Positions 28,595 to 42,851 of a DNA stretch of 64,000 bases are shown piece by piece. The position numbers were made by a program, and so were the translations under genes. How positions within the stretch are numbered: position 1 is the first letter of the stretch; every line of letters starts with the position of its first letter. The DNA lies in assembly GCF_006345805.1 (NCBI RefSeq), contig NC_043010.1, positions 63,612,001 through 63,676,000 of the forward strand. Direction: 5' to 3'. Source of the stretch: Octopus sinensis (taxonomy: Eukaryota). The notes under the pieces are model-generated. The model was not told where the DNA came from and did not search any database. It saw nothing but the letters and a program-made list of their open reading frames with translations.

Positions 28595-29392
28595 TAGTGA
28601 TGGTGTGGTGGTTGCGGCGATAGTTTTTGTAATGGTATATAAGTCTGAGGACCACATCATACAATGTGTACTCTTATTATTCAAAGACGATAGTTTGTTA
28701 ATTAAAAAAAAAAAAGAGAGAGAGAGAGAATTAGCTCTATTTCTAGCAGATGGAGAGACCCCGTAGAAGTTCCTTGATGATGGAATTGGCGATGATGGTA
28801 GTGGTGCGAATGAGTCGAAGGAGGCTGTCTACTCCTAGAAGGTGTTATGAAGGCGGCGATTGTTTTGTCGTGTAAGGATGTGAACGGTGTCGGGATGGTG
28901 GGGGGGGGGTCTTAAAAAAGGAAGTGTGGAGTTACATCCTCACCCTCCTCCTCTCTCTCTCTTTGGCCTGCATTGCCTGTACGTCGGTGGTGGTGTTATT
29001 CTTTTGGCTAAGGATTTAAAGTCGGAGTTTCAAGGTTTTATATACATCCGTATGCACGCATACACATGAACATATATATGCTTATTCTCTCGTACACCCG
29101 ACACACGCATGCACACGTATGTACACACACACACACAGAACATGAATGTGTATGTGTGCGTGTATACATACACTCACTCTTACATATTCACATGTATACG
29201 CACACACACACACACACACATATATACATAAACATATATACACACACAAAGCGTATGTGTTTGTGTGTGTACACTCACCCTTACATACTCACATGTATAC
29301 GCACACACACACATATATATATACACACACAAAACGTAGGTATATGTGTGTATACACTCACTTTTACATACATGTATACACACACACACACA

Positions 29393-29473
<81 letters not shown>

Positions 29474-29598
29474 ACTTGTACATACACATACATGTGAGTG
29501 TATACATATACTTACACATCCACTCTTTCTCTCTAATTATGTGTGTGCGTGTATTTACATACATAGTTCTCTATCTATCTATCTATCTATCTATCTAG

Positions 29599-29656
<58 letters not shown>

Positions 29657-30764
29657 GTCTATCTTTCTATCTAAAGATAGGTGGATAACCAGACCGACAG
29701 ATAGATAGATAGATAAAAATCCCTGGCGCACAGACAAAGTGGTGGGGAAGGGGCAGCCAGCGGACAGTGAGGGGACGTGATATGTCAAGAGAAGAGTGAG
29801 TATGTAGGAACAAATATGTCAAGCCTTCCACTGTACACCATTCACTCTTCCCTGCCGTATATATTTGTCCCCTGCCTTTTTCCCCCACTCCAGGATCTGG
29901 GCGAGCGAAGCAGGGGCAGATGATACCGAGAGTATTAAGTGATGTGAGAGGTGGTTAATAGAGCTGGGGCGTAGGGGTGATAAAGAATTTACACACCATT
30001 CCTTAGCAATGCTAGGAAAGTCGGAAGACTCCGGAAGGTGGTTGTGGTGATGGTGGTAGCCGTAATCGTAGCTGTAGCGGTCGTAGATATTTTTTTAAAC
30101 TCGGCAATCACTGGGTGGTAAACCTATGATGAAAGACATTCTAAGCATGGCCGTCTTAACGTCTATTCAGAGAAAAATAGTCTGGATTACATTGAAATAC
30201 TAAATGCATCCTCTCTTTTTCGAGACGTGAAATAGTGATTTGAGGGAATTTGACTGCTATGTCTAGCAGGTTGATTAACCACGGACAGGCTCAGGAGAAG
30301 ATAGAGGAAGAGATTGTGGTGATAGCAGTGATGTAGTGGTAAGAGTGAGGTGGTGGTGGTGGTGGTAGTGGTGGTGGTGGTGGTGCAGTGGTCGTGGGAG
30401 TGGGGGGGGGTGCCGGTGGTAGTGTGATAGTAGTGATGATGGTGGACCTGGTAGTGGTGGTAGTGGTGGTGGCAGTAATGATATTGTGCAGATGGCAAAA
30501 TTGGTGCTGGTAGTGGTGGTGGTGGTGGTGGTAATAGAGATTATGGTGGAAGTAACTGTGTGTATGTATGTGTGTGTGTGCATGCACGCGTGTGTGTATG
30601 TGTGTGTGTGTGCATGCACGTGTGTGTGTGTGGTGTTATTAAGTATCTTAGGGGTGGTTGTGGTGATGGTACATGGGTTGCTAGTGTCCATGGTGGGAGC
30701 TTGGGTTAGCTGAACGAAACAGCAAATGGTGTTGGTAGTTGTGATTATGCTTGTAGTGTTGTTG

Positions 30765-31142
30765 CTGTTGAGCAAATGGTCTTTGTCCCAGAGCTCACAG
30801 TGGGAGAAGTCCGAAACGTGGCCCTTTGCTATTCGTAAGACCCGCAGAAGAGAAAGCAGGTCAACCCCCCCCCCCCGACACCAAGAGCATTGGCGGATGG
30901 ATGAATGCGCACCCAGGCTCAGTGGTTGCGTAGGAAGTCGGGGACAAGAAGCAGGAAGAAAGATTGAGAGAAAGTTGGGGCGAAAGAGTACAGAGGGGTC
31001 GCCACCACCCCCTGCTGGAGCCTCGTGGAACTTTAGGTGTTTTCGCTCAATAAACACTCACAACGCCCGGTCTGGGAATCGAAACCGCAATCTTCCAACC
31101 ACAAGTCCGCTGCCCTAACCACCAGGGCCATTCCGCCTCCAC
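30765..31142 (-). mobile_element. SINE sharing the family D 5' half but with a different 3' half
   Basis: About 30950-31140 matches the reverse complement of 53738-53925; the rest is unrelated and ends in (CAA)n. Confidence 0.8.
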
Positions 31143-32034
31143 TACTGCTGCTGCTGCTGCTGTTGTTTCATCCCAGGTCAACCCTGGTCACAGAAACTTA
31201 TGATCAGAGATATTCCGGCCATGACCATCATTTTATGAGTATGTCTTATATCCTTTCCTTATTCAAAAGGCTAGTGTGTTACCTAAAGGAGACTTGGCTA
31301 CTATGTCTAGCAAATGGATTACAATTGCTCTTGACATATTCAGTTCAAATCCTTTTGAAGTCAGTTTGCATTTCATTTTTCTAGGACCAATAAAATCAAG
31401 TACCAGTGTTGATTTTTGCCTTTCACCCTTTCAGGGGTCAAATAAATGCCAGTTACACACTGGGGTCGATGTTATCAACTTAATCCCTTTGTCCGTCCTT
31501 GTTTGTCCCCTCTATGTTTAGCCCCTTGCGGGCAATAAGGAAATAAATATTCCTATAAGGCAGTGGTTCCCAACCTATGGATCCCTTTGATTCCAATTTT
31601 TATTGGGTGAACCCTCATAGCCATCTGATGTGTTAAAAAAATCTTATATTCTTTTATAATTGTGCCGGTGGCACGTAAAAGGCACCAACCGATCGTGGCT
31701 GTTGCCAGCCTCACCTGGTACCTGTTAGTCTCAGAGTGAGATGGTATGAAAAAGGTTAAAGAAATTAAAATTTTGACATGCCTGGCTGTAAAGTTTCTCT
31801 TTTACTGCAATAAAGCATTCTACTTGTGGATGGAGTTATAATTAGAAATCAATTTATGTGTTGTTTGGTAACTCACTAGAGAGAGACAAAAATCCTTGAT
31901 CTCTTGATATTCCAAGTCCTTCCACGTCTTATCTTCTATAGTGCTATTTTATTCTCAGTGAGAAATATAGGAATGTATTGATATCTGATTCTAATTCATT
32001 TGCTGTAAGTTTATTACAGTTTAATAAACATATA

Positions 32035-32198
32035 GGCGCAGGAGTGGCTGTGTGGTAAGTAGCTTGCTAACCAACCACATGGTTCCGGGTTCAGTCCCAC
32101 TGCGTGGTATCTTGGGCAAGTGTCTTCTGCTATAGCCCGGGCCGACCAATGCCTTGTGAGTGGATTTGGTAGACGGAAACTGAAAGAAGCCTGTCGTA

Positions 32199-32251
<53 letters not shown>

Positions 32252-32470
32252 ATTTGTGTGTCTGTGTTTGTCCCCCTAGCACTGCTTGACAACCGATGCT
32301 GGTGTGTTTACGTCCCCGTCACTTAGCGGTTCGGCAAAAGAGACTGATAGAATAAGTACTGGGTTTACAAAGAATAAGTCCTGGGGTCGATTTGCTCGAC
32401 TAAAGGCGGTGCTCCAGCATGGCCGCAGTCAAATGACTGAAACAAGTAACAGAGAAAAAGAGTAAAAGAG
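32035..32470 (+). mobile_element. tRNA-derived SINE family A (CORE-like centre, internal (TA)n(TG)n, AAAAGAG tail), full length
   Basis: A-box TGGCTGTGTGG (32045), B-box GGTTCAGTCCC (32088), CTTGGGCAAGT CORE-like motif; many near-identical copies in the window. Confidence 0.9.
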
Positions 32471-33261
32471 ATTGCTAAGAACTGAGAGGAAAATACTAGT
32501 GGAATAGTTAGCACGACAGGTAAAATGCTTTGAGGCATTTTGTCTGTCTTTATGTTCTGAATTCAAATTCTGCTGAGGTGGACTTTGCCTTTCATTCTTT
32601 CGGGGTCAAAAAAATAAGTACCAGTTGAGCGCTGGGGTTGATGCAATTGACTTACCCTCTACTCTGAAGTTGCCGGCCTTGTGCCAGAGTTTGAAACCAG
32701 TATTTTTTCCCAGTTCTTTGCAGTTTGAGTTCTAATCCTGAATTGTGGATGTTGTGGGACTAAAGTGCCAATGTTGTAAGATGCTGTTATGTTGTGTGAC
32801 TGAATTGTGAGACTTTGGTGGAAATGCTATAGAACTACGGTATCGTTATTGTGACACTGAGTTGTGGGAAACAGCCGTGGCATTTATATACATTATACTT
32901 GTGCATATTTCTACACACACACACACACACATCCAAATTCTCATACACAAACATGCATTTATATATGTGCATACATGCTCATCCTTATAGAATGTACATA
33001 CATATTTACAGACTTCCACGTCTACAAAAGTATATACATGCACATGCAGATATGTGATATAACTACATGCACACACATAAACATGTGCATATGTACCAAG
33101 TAGTCTCATAACACATCGAATTTTTGTTATATTCTAATATTAAATACTATTGTCCTCTTATCTTCAAACGAAGCCTGTCCTTTTTTTTCAATGGCATTCA
33201 ATTTTGGAGAATTCTTGATTATTGCGATTATCTCCCCTTACCAAGTGGAGCTGGTATTAAC

Positions 33262-33337
<76 letters not shown>

Positions 33338-33339
<2 letters not shown>

Positions 33340-33590
33340 GGTTGTGTTTTCACAATGCAAAACTTGTTCCAACTGGTTTGGATATGAACTTGCTGGGAAG
33401 TCATATTCCAGAGATCCCTTGATCCCTTCCAGAGAAGTTCAGTGAAAGCAATGTTATTGTCCTTTCACTGTTCAACCTTTCTGTATATGGACATCTTCCA
33501 CGAGTAACTTCATCGTGTCACACTTCCAGTCTTGCAGTGTCTCCAAAATATCACAATCTCATCTCCTTCGCAGTATCAAAATACAGTTTG
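33338..33590 (-). mobile_element. Decayed RTE-like LINE fragment
   Basis: Minus strand AKEMRL*YFGDTARL resembles the RTE RRLR(Y/W)FGH..R motif; ends at (TA)n. Confidence 0.35.
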
Positions 33591-34140
33591 CTACACATAT
33601 AAAAGCATTTGGAAGGGCAGCCAGCCTTAGAAACCATGCCAAAACAGACAAAGGGGTATGATTCAGTTCCTGGGCATATATGGATTAATTGCCATTTGGT
33701 AATTATGGTACATCCACTAGAGGTGGAGATAATTTTAATAAACTAAAATTTTATGGTATTTGACATACCTGTATTTGTCTATATTATTCAAATGCATCCT
33801 TCGAAAGATTCTAAGTTTTTTTCTCTAAGCTTATTTGTGTTTAAATTGTATGTCATTGTCACCACTGCTGCCACCACCATTTTAGTGTCCACTTTCTCAT
33901 GCTTGTGTTGGTCAGGCAGAATTTTGTTGAAGTGGATGGTCTATGGCCAGATGCCCTTCTTGTTGTCAACCCTCACCTGTTTCCAAGTAATGTGATACTT
34001 CCCCATGACCAGACATCATTTCAAAGAATATAGAAAATAAAGGACACTGCTTGCACAATGCTGACACTTGCTTAGAACAATCCTGTGATATTAAGGCAAG
34101 GAAATAGTGCAAAACACACACACACACACACACACATATC

Positions 34141-34194
34141 AAAACAGGAGACTGGAAAAAATTTGGGGTATAATTTTTTCCAGTCTCCTGTTTT
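34141..34194. repeat. Perfect 23-bp inverted repeat with 8-nt loop
   Basis: AAAACAGGAGACTGGAAAAAATT-TGGGGTAT-AATTTTTTCCAGTCTCCTGTTTT. Confidence 0.95.
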
Positions 34195-34431
34195 CAAATG
34201 CAATTATTCTGCAAATACCATTTTCTAGAAATTTTTTCAATTCTTATTAATGCCTCACACAATTATATAACATCTACATACAACCCTGGAATATGAAGAT
34301 GTGCTTCACAAGGACATACCTTGGACTATAAACCGATCTGCATACCATATAATATGATATATATATATATGTATGTATATACGTCTGTATATATATATAT
34401 GTATGTATGTAAAAATGTTATCCTATTTTTA

Positions 34432-34471
<40 letters not shown>

Positions 34472-36400
34472 CAGATGCTAAACGATGATGATGATGCTAT
34501 ATATGTATATACACACACATATATAATACTATATGTATAATATTAAGAATTATTATTATTATTTTTATTTAAAAGAGTTTGATTCAGTTTCATGCAACTT
34601 AAAGTTTTGCAGGCTTCTAACAGAAACTTGGCTCATCCAGGCTGAGATATGTATGCATGCATGCATGTATTCATGCACACATTCTTGCATGTATGTATGC
34701 ATCTATACATGTATGCAAGTATGTATGTCATTATTCAGTTTTATTTCAAGATTTCTTGGCAACAAAAAAAGAACCGGTTTCTAACCTAGATTGAAGGCTC
34801 CTTGATTGGAATTTCATTATCAGCAGCAGAGTATTTTTATTTGTGTGTATGTATGCATGTATATATGCATGCAGGCAAACAAACAAGCATGCTTGTTTGT
34901 TTGTTTGTATACAACAAGCTTCTTTCACTTCCTACCAACCAAATCCACTCACAAGGCTCTGGTTGGCCTGGGGCCTTATTAGAAGACACTTAGCCAAGGT
35001 GCCACACAGTGAGACTGAACCCAGAACCATGTGGTTGGGAAGCAAACTTCTTACCATACATATCTACACACACACACACACACATGCATGCCTACATACC
35101 TATATACATCAGTGCTTTTTTGCTGATGAGGGAGTCAGCCGGGTTTTGCACCTTTCGCTTGAAAGGTGGCAGAAATTTGAAGAAAAAAGTCTCAAGTAAT
35201 ATGATCCAGGAGGCAACATAGATTGACCTTTATTTGAACCTGCAAACCACATATTTAAAAAAAAAAGAAAAAGAAAAAGAAAAGGAAAGACAAAATGATG
35301 GAGACAACATTTTTGCTTTGTTTTTTGGTCTTTCTTTGATTTTTTATTTGTTTGTTTATTTTAATCTGATACCAACCACAGTTTTATAACATAACACTAC
35401 ACACATTTTCTGCTGGCTTTCACCGTTGTCCTTGTCATCATCATCATCATCATCGTCATCATCTTCACCTTCATCCTTGACATCATCACCTTTGCTATCC
35501 ATATTGCCATTGTCATTGTTATTATCCCCATCGTTATTATTGTCATCACCATCATTGCCACCACCACCACCACCACCACCGCCACCATTGTCATTGCCAC
35601 GGCTCACTCACACTATTACCATCACCATCATTATCATGAACAGCATTACAACCTCTTCTCCACCACTTACACTTTCTCATCATCATCATCATCATCATCA
35701 CCACCATCCTTCACACCACCATTGTGAAAATGGATGGCTCAATTAGAAGTCATGTCATAACAATGTCCTTTATCTGTAGCACAGGTGGTAGTGAGCTGTG
35801 TTAATGATTTAACTGTATTTTGTTCAAAATCTTTCCTGATAAGGGTTCAAATTCTATTCAGGACCAATTTTGCATTTCATATTCTGCACACCTTTTTTTT
35901 TTACATTAATTTTTTTTTTTTTATCAGTAATAAACTAAATATCAGTCATACAATGGAGGCAGGTCAGATCAATCACTTTGTGGCATGGTGTGAGTGTAAG
36001 ACATCATCATCATAGTGACCATCACCATCATCACTAACACTGCCACCAACACCACAACCGCCACCACTGACCCCCATCATCATCATCATCATCATCATGG
36101 TGGTGGATGGCAGAATGGATTAAGTGTTAAGCAAAATGCTGTTTCACTCTGCTGGGTGGTTGGTTGTTAGGAATGGCATCTGGCTGTAAAAGCCCCACCA
36201 AAACACAGAAGTCTGGTGCAGGCTCCAGCTTGACCAACTCCTCACAAACTGTCCAAATGATGCCAGCCTGAAAGGCAGATCTTAAATGATTATGATCTCT
36301 TAACATCTTTCTGAGTTCAGAAATAACGTTAAGAGTTTGGCTGACTTTGCCTTTTATCTCTTATCATTGCACCGGCCATCAAGCACCAGAGGTCAATATA

Positions 36401-36817
36401 TATTTCTTTACTACCCACAAGGGGCTAAACATAGAGGGGACAAACAAGGACAGACAAAGGGATTAAGTCGATTACATCGACCCCAGTGTGTAACTGGTAC
36501 TTAATTTATCGACCCTTAAAGGATGAAAGGCAAAGTCGACCTTGGCGGAATTTGAACTCATAACGTAACGACAGACGAAATACCTATTTCTTTATTACCC
36601 ACAAGGGGCTAAACATAGAGGGGACAAACAAGGACAGACAAAGGGATTAAGTCGATTACATCGACCCCAGTGTGTAACTGGTACTTAATTTATCGACCCC
36701 GAAAGGATGAAAGGCAAAGTCGACCTTGGCGGAATTTGAACTCACAACGTAACGACAGACGAAATACCGCTAAGCATTTCGCCCGGCGCACTAACGTTTC
36801 TGCCAGCTCACCGCCTT
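36401..36817 (-). mobile_element. SINE family B, dimeric form with 14-bp TSD
   Basis: Two units; TSD CAGAGGTCAATATA at 36387-36400 and 36818-36831. Confidence 0.92.
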
Positions 36818-37373
36818 CAGAGGTCAATATAACCTACATCAGTCCCTCCCTTCAATATACATATCCTTGAGCCTAACTGACAGCAGCCCATCCGATCAAA
36901 ATGAACCTAAATTAGAAATAATTATTACTATTAGAATAACTTTTTCTGAGATGCATGCTTTCATTGCACACCAGAGTGCAGCTTTCTGCATCTTGAATAT
37001 GTGCAGTGAGATTTATTATTTTTTGTTGGGGGTGGGCAACGAATGGATTGGCAGAATTGAGTGTCAGACAAAATGCATTAAAGCACTTGTTCTGGATCTT
37101 TACATTCTGAGTTCAAATCCTGCCAAAGCCAACTTCACCTTTCACTCTTTCGGGGTGAAATAAAATAAAATGCAAATGAAATACTGGTCAACTAACCCTT
37201 CCATCATAAATTTCTGGGGTTGTGCCTATATTAAAACAGTTACTATTCTTTGTCTTTCATCCTTTCAAAGTTGATAAAATAAATTACCAGTCATTTACTG
37301 GGATCAATTATGACAAAGTTGACTAAATCTTCACCTGAAATTTGCTGGCCTTGTGCCAAAACTTGTAACAATT

Positions 37374-37461
<88 letters not shown>

Positions 37462-37487
37462 TATTATTATTATTATTAATATCATTA

Positions 37488-37595
37488 TTGGTGATTTGAC
37501 TCAGGTTCAATCTTATTCCTGGAAGAATTTATGTGGGTAGCAGGCTACTACCCATAACCTTAGGTATCCACAAGTTTTCAATAGTCTTTTAAGTG
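37488..37595 (-). mobile_element. Short 3' end of a (TAA)n-associated non-LTR element; second copy at ~38225-38300
   Basis: Two related copies (TCTTATTCCT...ATTTATGTGGGTAGCAG...TAGGTATCCACAAGTTTTCA), each abutting a (TAT)n run. Confidence 0.45.
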
Positions 37596-37602
37596 CTTCA
37601 AA

Positions 37603-37993
37603 GACACAGGAGTGGCTGTGTGGTAAGTAGCTTGCTTACCAACCACATGGTTCCGGGTTCAGTCCCACTGTGTGGCACCTTGAGCAAGTATGTTCAACTA
37701 CTACCTCAGGCCGACCAAAGCCTTGTGAATGGATTTGGTAGACGGAAACTGAAAGAAGCCCATTGTATATGTATATATATGTATGTGTGTGTATATGTTT
37801 GTGTGTCTGTGTTTGTCCCCCCAACATTGCTTGACAGCTGGTGTGTTTATGTCCCCGTAACTTAGCAGTTTGGCAAAAGAGACCGATAGAATAAGTACTA
37901 GGCTTATAAAGAATAAGTTCTGGGGGTGATTTGCTCGACTAAAGGCGGTGCTCCAGCATGGCTGCAGTCAAATGACTAAAACAAGTAAAAGAG
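37603..37993 (+). mobile_element. SINE family A, full length
   Basis: Same head, body and tail as 32035-32470. Confidence 0.9.
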
Positions 37994-38473
37994 TATTAGT
38001 ATTATGGTAGAATCATTAGCATGCCAGGCAAAATGCTTAGTGGCATTTCATCTGTCTTGATGTTCTGAGTTCAAATTCCACCAAGGTTGACTTAGCCGTT
38101 CATCCTTTTGGGATCGATAAATTAGATACCAGTCAAGTACTGGGGTCAATGTAATTGACTTAACCCTCCCCCAAAATTTCAGGCCTTGTACCTTTAGTAG
38201 GAAAGATTATTATTATTATTGTTTTGGTTTGGTCTTATTCCTTATAGGATTTATGTGGGTAGCAGTAGGTATCCACAAGTTTTCAGCAGTCTTTCAAGTA
38301 ATTAGCACCCCAGTATGCAACTGGTACTTGATTTATTGACCCCGAAAGGATGAAAGGCAAAGTTGACCTTGGTGGAATTTGAACTCAGAATATAGCAGCA
38401 GACGAAATACTGCTAAGCATTTCGCCTGGCATGCTAACAATTCTGCCAGCTTGCCCCCTTAATAATAATAATA

Positions 38474-38504
<31 letters not shown>

Positions 38505-38519
38505 AGACAATAATAATAA

Positions 38520-39180
38520 TGCAGAATGTGTGGGGAGAGGGGTGAAACGGTATGGCACATCGTTAGCGAATGCCCGAAATTGGCACAACACGAATACAAA
38601 AGACACCATGACAATGTGGCAAGAATGATTAATTAGGAACTCTGTGGAAATCACAGCCCACAAAGAGCAAAGACATGGTATGAGCAAACCTCAGAAGAAG
38701 TCACCAGAAATGAGAATTGTAAAATCCTGTGGGATGCAATGATTCAGTGTGATCACCAGACCAGACATCGGAAACTGGACATTGTTGTGGTGAATGAAAA
38801 AGAAAGAACATGAGTGATAATCGACAAAGCATGCCCCAGTGACAATGGGATCAAAGAGAAAGAAGAAGAAAAAATAAACAACTATGACGATTTGAAGTGG
38901 GTAATATGAAAGTTGTGGTCAATGAAGAGAGAAGACATGATACCAATAGTAATTGGTGCACTTGGAAGTATCAGCACTCAACTACCAACATGGGTGGAAA
39001 AGATGGGTGCAAGTGTGAAGGTAGAACAGCTAGAAAATTCAGCATTGCTTGGAACTGCAAGAATTCTTCACAGGGTTCTTGAAGCATGGCCAGCAAAACA
39101 AGTGTCACCTTAGTCTGCTGGCAGTGGACAGCTGACACTTTCCATCAAACCCAGCAATATAAGCTGTGAGTTTTAATACA
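38520..39180 (+). mobile_element. 5'-truncated Dong/R4-clade non-LTR retrotransposon (CCHC knuckle plus restriction-like endonuclease), decayed
   Basis: Translates CRMCGERGETVWHIVSECPKLAQHEYKRHHDNVA...KILWD...RHRKLDIVVVNEKERT*VIIDKACP...EKINNYDDL...IPIVIGALG...LLGTARIL, with stops and a frameshift; begins inside (AAT)n. Confidence 0.9.
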
Positions 39181-39519
39181 ATAATCATCGTCATCATCGT
39201 TTAACGTCTGCTTTCCATGCTAGCATGGGTCGGATGGTTCAACTGGGGTCTGGGAAGCCCGAAGGCTGCACCAGGCCAGTCAGATCTGGCAGTGTTTCTA
39301 CAGATGGATGCCCTTCCTAACGCCAACCACTCCATGAGTGTAGTGGGTGCTTTTTATGTGCCACCGACACAGGTGCAAGACGAGGCTGGCGAACGGATGG
39401 TGTTTTTTACGTGCCACCGGCACGGAGGCCAGGCGAGGCTGGAAACGGCCACGATCGGATGGTGTTTGTTACATGCCACCAGCATGGAGGCCAGTCGATG
39501 CGGTACTGGCTATGGCCAG

Positions 39520-39555
<36 letters not shown>

Positions 39556-39557
39556 GT

Positions 39558-39952
39558 AATAAAGATCTAGAAATAGAAATTGACAAAATGTGGAACTTCA
39601 AGACTAAAACAATACCTGTTGTCATAGGTGCCCTAGGAATGATACCAAAAGGGACTGATTCCTGCCTAGCCCAGATATCAGGAAACCCCAAAATGGCAGA
39701 AATTCAAAAGATAGTGCTCATGGGAACTGTCCATATCCTATGTAAAATACTGTCTATATGATCTCAAATTTTAAAACAAACTCATAATTTTCTTGTTTTC
39801 TTAAACATTCTCTAGAACAATACTATGTGCAAAACCAAATATATGGCACACTAGGCATAACACCAACATGAACTTCTAACTTGTTGTCTCTTGAGGTCTC
39901 TGGGTGAGATTTGGAGTCCACTTGTATAAATACAAAGCAAAAGTCAAACATA
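39558..39952 (+). mobile_element. 3' fragment of a second, distinct Dong/R4-clade element
   Basis: KDLEIEIDKMWNFKTKTIPVVIGALGMIPKG...EIQKIVLMGTVHILCKILSI* plus 3' UTR, flanked by (TAA)n on both sides. Confidence 0.85.
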
Positions 39953-40655
39953 TAATAATAATAATGATGATAATAATAATAATAATAATTTGAGATTAGT
40001 ATAATGGAAAGAGACCCTGTGAGACTTTGTCAACAGGTTGCTGGCTGCTCTTACAGAATTAACAAAGGCATGTAAAATTGAGAGTTCTGAGAAGTAAAAT
40101 GGAAATAATAATAATGATAAAGATAATAATAATAATCCTTTCTATTATAGGCACAAGGCGTGAAATCTGGGAGTAGAAGGCCTATCAATTAAATTGGCTC
40201 CACTACTTGACTGGTATTGATTTTATTGGAGCCAAAAGGATGGAAGATAAAGTTAACCTTGGTGGGGTTTGAACTCAGAGTGTAAGGCTGGAAGAAATGC
40301 AGCTCAGTGTTTTGTCTGGCATGCTACCGATTCTGCCAACTCACAGACTTATTTTAATCATCATCATTATCATCATTGTCTAACATCCGTTTTCCATGCT
40401 AGCATAGGTTGGACGGTTTGACTGGGGTCTGGGAAGCGAGGCACAAGGTCTAAAATTTTGGGGGAGTGGAAGCTGATTACATTGACCCCCACCACATCCT
40501 CAAGTGCTCAATTGGCACCTATTTTATTGACCCCACCAAAAGGATGACAGGCAGAGCTAACCTTGACAGAATTTGAACTCAGAATGTAAAGATGGACAAA
40601 ATGTTTAACAGCATTTTGCTTGGCATGGGAATGATTCTGTCAAGCTCACCGTCTC

Positions 40656-40689
<34 letters not shown>

Positions 40690-41159
40690 GGTTCAAATTT
40701 TTGCCACAAGGGCAGCAATTTTTTGGTGGAGGGGATGAGTCAATTACATTGACCCTCATGTTCAACTGGTACTTATTTTATTGACCCCAAAATGATGAAA
40801 GTCAAAGGTGACCTCAATGGAATTTGAACTCAGAATGTAAAAACAGATGAAATGTCACTAAGCATTTTGCCTGGTGAGCTGACAATTCTGCCATCTTGAT
40901 GTCTTGATAACAATAATAGTATGAATTTTTTACAGAGGTACAAATCATAAGATTTGTAGAGAGTAAGGGAAATGAGATTGTGTGATGTTTATCTTGGCAT
41001 GATTTCAATAGGTCAATGAAAATAGCAGAATCAATAGAGCACATGGGTAGGTGGTTTGCTATGTTTAGTCTGATATCTCAATGTCCTGAGTTCACATCAC
41101 ACCAGGGTTGACTGTCATTATTCTGAGACTGGTATGATAAGAAAACAGTAAGTTACTTG

Positions 41160-41460
41160 GATTAACAAAGCAAGTATCTGTCCCCTGAGACCCAAGGGAT
41201 TTATAAGGACCAGTGATTAACTCAGTTTCATGCTATTAAATAGATGAGAGACAGATCAGCTTCTGGATATGACACCAGTCTATCTCAGGTAACATTCCCC
41301 AGGTGATAGGGTACCTATTCTCACAAACAATATGGTAGACTGATGTAATGTCGAATACTGTGTTCTGTCCTGGAACACACTGAGATATCTGTGGTGGATT
41401 TGAACTCCTAACCTGAAAGTAAGTAATCCAATACCTTATCCACTAAGCTATTTCATCTCT
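41160..41460 (-). mobile_element. Old tRNA-headed SINE; relatives at ~1130-1430 (+) and 44480-44725 (-)
   Basis: Minus strand TAGCTTAGTGG...GGAGTTCAAATCC head; shared GAATGTTACCT..GATAGACTG.T.TCATATCCA body. Confidence 0.55.
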
Positions 41461-42851
41461 GCACTGACTGACCGGTAGTTGTGTGGTGTTGATGGTGGAG
41501 CTAATGGATGGGTGTTCTGAATTACATAAAAACACACACACTACTTCTGTTACAGATTTCTCTGTGTCTAGTCTAAAATGATTAATGCATTACAGTCTCC
41601 ACATTACTCAAAGAAATAGTTTGCTATATTTTTCTAATTCCTTAATTACATTTGAAACTGATCGAATATATCTTAATTAAACTGTTATAATTTGTTGTTT
41701 ATGAAAAGGAAGTCACTTAGAATTTCAAACTTTTAGGCTAGATAAAATAAGCACCAGCTATATACTGGGACTGACTAAGGCCGATTTTAATTCTTTTCCT
41801 CCTATAAGTAAAAAAAAACAACAACCAAAAAACAAAAAAAAAACATTTTAAATAGTTTTACAGTTACTTCACTATGAGAAACAAATTGTTATTTAGCTCA
41901 ATGATGATGATGATGATGATGAAGGGGGTGGTAGTGATGATGATGATGATATCAATAAAGATGTTAGCGATTATAGTGATATGTTTGGTGTGCACTGGTG
42001 AAGGAAATGTTTATGCTGATGATGATGATGGTGGTGTTGTTAATGATGATAATGATGATGACTTTTCTTAATAAATAATTCAAGTTAAATGAGTATATTG
42101 TTAACGAGATAAGGATAAGGATGACGATCCTGGTGGCGGCGGTGGTGGTGCTTCAGTAATAAATAATTAAGTTTAACTAATTATGCTATTAAAAATAAAG
42201 ATAAGGGCGATGACGATAATGACAATACAATAGAGATGTAGGTGTTAGTTTGTGTATACAGGCACAAATATATATGTATGCATTCATATACATATGTACA
42301 TACATACATACATGTATGTATACCTATACACACACACAAAACACAAATGCACACATACTCACACACAACATACACATTATATATGTGTGTGTAAGGTAGT
42401 GAGTTGGCAGAATCGTTAGCATGGGAAAATCGTTAGCCAGGGAAAATACTTGGCGGCATTTCGTCCATCTTTAGATTCTGAGTTCAAATTCTGCCAAGGT
42501 CGACTTTGCCTTTCATCCTTTCAGGGTCAATAAATTAAGTGCCAGTGAAACACTGGGGTCGATGTAATCGACTAGTCCCCTCCCCCAAAATTCCAAGCCT
42601 TGTGCCTATAGTAAAAGGGATTATATGTGTGTGTGTGAGTTGTATAAACATATTTGTCTGTACATATATATTTATCTATATGTATTTGTTTGTGTGTTAT
42701 TGACTGTATGCCTGTTTGCATGCATCTGTGTGTGTGTATGTGTTTAATATAGGAACAAAATACACAAAAACAACAAAATAATAACAACAACAACAATACA
42801 AACAATGAAACATAAGAGTTTAAACTTAAATGTTTACCTCTAGATATTAGA

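Noticed and set aside
32035-32105. tRNA-like A/B-box heads (also 5381, 27394, 53736 and others)
   Set aside because: No complete cloverleaf; each continues into a multi-copy SINE body.
35120-35178. CTGATGAG followed by the hairpin CACCTTTC-GCTT-GAAAGGTG
   Set aside because: The hairpin is real but not positioned as hammerhead stem II, and there is no stem III or UH; isolated short hairpin.
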